NCBI RefSeq assembly: GCF_001194135.2
Contig: NC_068987.1
Coordinates: forward strand, 105,267,378 to 105,331,377
Length of the DNA: 64,000 bases
DNA from: Octopus bimaculoides
Taxonomy: Eukaryota
Direction: 5' to 3'
Shown piece after piece: positions 60,156 through 64,000 of the stretch (its first letter is position 1; each line of letters opens with the position of its first letter). The position numbers and the translations under genes were made by a program. The notes under the pieces were generated by a model. It did no database searches. It saw only the letters and a list, made by a program, of their open reading frames with translations, and was not told the origin of the DNA.

Positions 60156-61441
60156 TGAAGTAGTCCTGAGGTGCACCAACAAATGGCAGCACACGGTTGC
60201 GTGCGCAGTGAGAGCTAGCAGTGACTTTCATTAGGCAGTGTGCCGAGTGACATCGCTGTATTTACTTCACAAATTGTGAAATTTGTGTCTTTATGATCAG
60301 GTGTATGCTGTAGTCTGCGTTTTGTCATGGACAGGAAGTTGGAACAAAGAACAAACGTTAAATTTTGCGTTAAACTTGGAAAGTCTGCGACAGAGACAAT
60401 GAGCTTGCTTCGGCAAGCTTACGGCGACGAGGCAATGGGTCGTATGCAATGTTTCGAGTTGCACAGGCGCTTCAAAAGAAGAAGAAGGTCCCTGGAAGAC
60501 GATGAGCGATCTGGAAGACCTGCCACGAGCGTCATCCCCGGAAATGTGGAGAAAATCATCAGCTTGTGCATGAGGATCGTCGGAGGACAATCAACGATAT
60601 TGCTGATGTTGTTGGTCTGTCGTATGGGTCCGTGCAGGCAACCCTAACGTCTGAATTGAACATGCGGCGTATCTTTGCCAAGTTTGTCCTCTGCTTGCAG
60701 GACACTGAGCGCAAAGACCATCGAGTCGAAGTCTGTCAAGATCTCCGTCAGAGTGCCGCTGATGACCCAACCTTCATGTCGAGGATTATCAACGGTGACG
60801 AGAGTTGGGTCTGCGAGAACGACCTTGAGACGAAACAGCAGTCGTCCCAATAGAAGAAACCTTCAAAGAAGGTACGACAGAGCCGCAACTTAATCAAGAG
60901 CATGCTCATTGTTTTTTGACATCTGCAGTATTGTGCATCGAGAGTTCGCCCCACCAGGGCCAGACTGTCAATTGAGAGTTCTACTGTGACGTTTTGAAGT
61001 GTCTGAGGGAGGACATTCGGTGAAAGCGACCGGATCTGTGGAGCGCGAAGAATCGGATTCTTCACGACGACAACGCCCCCTGTCACCGAAATCTCCTCAC
61101 TCGTGAGTTTCTCACCAAGATCAACATGGTGTCGCTTCCGTATCCGCCCTATTCGTCAGATTTAGCACCGGCAGACTTCCATCTTTCCCCCAAGATAAAA
61201 AGGCAGCTCAAAAGTCGCCGTTTTAACACAGTTGTCGGGATCCAGAGCAAATAAAAAAAGGTCCTCGACTCGCTTACAGAAAACGACTCCTAGGCCGGAT
61301 TCCAAAAGTGGCAATACACCGGGAGCGGTGTATTGCTATGCCCACGGGGACTATTTCGAAGGAGATGATGTGAGAACTTAGGTAAATACGTAATTTTCTT
61401 ATTAAACATAACTGGTCCGGGAACCTTTTGATACCACGTCG
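60156..61441 (+). mobile_element. Mariner (D34D) element with inactivated transposase (60327-61381); 5' TIR lost in the gap at 59635-60155
   Basis: EQRTNVKFC, LEDDERSGRP, GDESW, HDNAP, YSSDLAPADF and GDYFEG* motifs; 3' TIR (reverse) CGACGTGGTATCAAAAGGTTCCCGGAC followed by TA at 61442-43. Confidence 0.93.
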
Positions 61442-61444
61442 TAC

Positions 61445-61839
61445 ATATAGACATACGTATACTTATGCATACATGCATGCATACATACATACATACATAC
61501 ATATGTACATACATACATACATACATATGTATATACATACATACATACATACATATGTACATACATACATTATGCAGAAAGAAACTTAGTGGTGAGAATA
61601 TTTATAGCTTACGTGCGTTAGTTTATGCGTGGCTATGTGGTTAAATAGCACGTCTTGCAACCATGTAGTTTCAGGTTCAGTCCCACTGCATGGCACTTTG
61701 GGGAAGTTTTTTCTCATATAGCTCCAGGTCGATCAATGTCTTGTGAATGAAAGAAGTAGACAGAAACTGTGCAGAGCACGTCGTACACACGTACACATAC
61801 ATGCATGCATGCATATATATATATATGTGTGTGTGTATG

Positions 61840-61930
<91 letters not shown>
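61445..61930. repeat. (TACA)n and (TA)n microsatellites, with a SINE A copy at about 61625-62165
   Basis: Read directly. Confidence 0.9.
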
Positions 61931-61931
<1 letters not shown>

Positions 61932-62852
61932 TGTGTGTGTATTTGTGTGTATGTGTACGTGTTTGTATTTGTCTTTATCATCACCTGACAACCGATGTTG
62001 GTTTGCTTATGTTCCTGTAACCTAGCGGTTCGGCAAAAGATACCAGTGGCATACGTAACTGACTTAAATACTGGGGTGAATTTATTCAACCAAATCCTTT
62101 AAAATGGAGCTCCATTATGGCCGCAGTTCAATGACTGGAACAAGAAAAAAGTTAAAAATAAAAGATAAAGTATCTGAATGGAAGTTTGGTTCAGTTGTTT
62201 GATTGGATATTTCAAAGTGTTTGGAAATATTTAGAAAACTCAGTGGGGTGTAAGCAGTGTAGGCCATGTTTCTTGTCTAGCATGCATTGCAGGTGGACGT
62301 CCTTTTGGAAATACTCTTGGAAGAATTTGGGAATATGGTGCAAATCTCAAATTAATTCGTTCTTTTTACTGAAGAGTAAATTAATTAAATTTCAAAAAAT
62401 TAAAATTTTATTTAAGAGTCAAAAAATTGAGATGCAAAGTCTCTGTGAAGCTGAGGTCGTAGAATTTTGACTTGTTCATGTGATGTTGGCGGTTTCTCTT
62501 TTGTTGTTATATTTCCAAATGTACTTTGAAAGTTGTGCTTTTCAATTGACGATGATGTATCGATATGTCGTGCTGTCGAGGGCAATTCTTGCTGAAGTAT
62601 TCTATTGCCTAGTGATCTGTTATCAGACCTTATTAGATATTATTTCAGTATTCGATACTTTCTCTTGACATTTGACCATGTCGTACATTTCGGCAAAAGC
62701 ATGTTGGATCCTTTCATCATACATTTGTTTGCAATATCTTTTACATTGTGCAATTCGATTAAACTTCAACATACAAAACAATACATATACAAGTCTAGCA
62801 ATGCGAAAAGTCAATTTGTAGACATAAGCATTCAGATAGAAAACAACAGCTA

Positions 62853-63089
62853 CAATAATCTCTTGACTATCGCGGATGTTACGTTCCAAAAAAACCCGTG
62901 ATAGGTGAAAATCCGCGAAATAGAAACAGTACTGTACTGTATATTGTTTAAAATTATTTTTATAATTTGTATATATTTAATTTATTATAAATGCAAAACA
63001 ACACCACGGAGGAATCGACGTGAGCTTAAATAATAAACCGCGATAGGTGAACCGCGATAGATGGACCGCGATATGGCGAGGGATTACTG
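62853..63089. mobile_element. pogo/Tigger-type MITE
   Basis: TA TSD (62851-52, 63090-91); TIR CAGTAATCCCTCG-like; repeated CCGCGATA motifs. Confidence 0.8.
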
Positions 63090-63359
63090 TATATCACAAC
63101 TGTTTAGATGAAAGAGGTAAATAAATGCACTTACATGGATTCAGTGTATGTCTACACAGATACACAAAGTCAGTGATAAAAGTTTACACATAGAAGAAAG
63201 TTTAGATTCGCCATTACAAAAGAAGTGCTAGTTAAAAGAAATAAACTAAATAAAACGAGCAGTTATCAACCATGGAGATTGTAACAAATAAACTAAGCTA
63301 GAGAACACTACAGACACAAATAAAAAGCAATAAATTCATCAGACACTGCATCTATCAAA

Positions 63360-63680
63360 GATATACAGGACATACATAAGGCATATTATAGGAATCAAAT
63401 GCATAGGAAGTATATGAACACAGTATCAAATATCTCTCATACAACAACACACACTCTATTGCCTCAAACAGTAAACTAACACTAACAATACACAACAGAA
63501 CCATTAGAATAAAAAACATCTGTAAACCCTCAAATACGCTGCTAATGACCAATATGATTTACAAATTTGGCAACAAATGTGGAAATTGTAAACTTCATGA
63601 CTCCAACTGCTATATTGTCCATGCAAGTATGATACTTTTTGCCGGTCTACGACGAATTTACAATGTTCAATAAAAAAATA
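63360..63680 (+). mobile_element. Decayed Penelope-like element (RT C-terminus and GIY-YIG endonuclease)
   Basis: KAYYRNQMHRKY at 63378 and TNMIYKFGNKCGNCKLHDSNCYI at 63548 resemble the Penelope YYRNQMH and VIYKF.C...C...YIG motifs (recalled, not searched). Confidence 0.6.
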
Positions 63681-64000
63681 GAAAAATGAAAAATAAAAAA
63701 TACCAGTTACATCTTCCTCGTTTCAAGGAATGAGAAAGGAATATAAATTAATCCGTCGATAGTTCTTACAAATAAGGTCCAATCGCAATGTACTACACCA
63801 AATAACACAAAGCAAAACAAAGCAAGAAAATACTGATTAACAGCACATCTATTTTATTCAATAATCCACGAGAAATACAGACGATTACTGATACAATCAG
63901 TCCCCCCCCCACCACCTAGTGCAACACAACGCTAAAGTAAACACTCAGATAGCATAGACTAACCATAAACACTTCCTGACTATTGACGTAGAAAGCTAAC

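Overview
Eukaryotic, AT-rich, repeat-dense animal DNA. It is most likely a coleoid cephalopod such as Octopus, inferred from the style of the tRNA-derived SINE families and the long tandem C2H2 gene. Two host genes are supported, both on the + strand. (1) PFAS/PurL (FGAM synthase): I mapped 23 coding exons from ATG 5571 to TAA 43528 (3902 nt, all GT-AG, phases consistent). One more exon of 3n+1 nt is required between 9339 and 11846 and most likely lies in the N-gap at 10576-10799. (2) A single-exon ORF with 17 C2H2 fingers (53463-54914), followed by dead fingers. Introns and spacers contain several SINE families (called A-E here), a 5'-truncated L1/Tx1-type LINE, CR1/L2 and RTE remnants, a Merlin/IS1595-like transposase relic, a mariner pseudogene, mariner, pogo/Tigger, hAT and TTAA MITEs, Penelope-like remnants and microsatellites. 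The most notable observations: (a) up to three type I hammerhead-ribozyme motifs on the minus strand (57531-57618 best, 52427-52461, 49766-49820 weak); (b) two tails-outward SINE fold-backs; (c) two genomic Ser codons in UAG context at positions recalled as Gly in PFAS orthologues, which are candidates for restorative A-to-I recoding; (d) a 168-bp finger-pair duplication whose only substitution hits recognition-helix position +3. No database searches or folding programs were run. Repeat boundaries are approximate unless TSD/TIR coordinates are stated.
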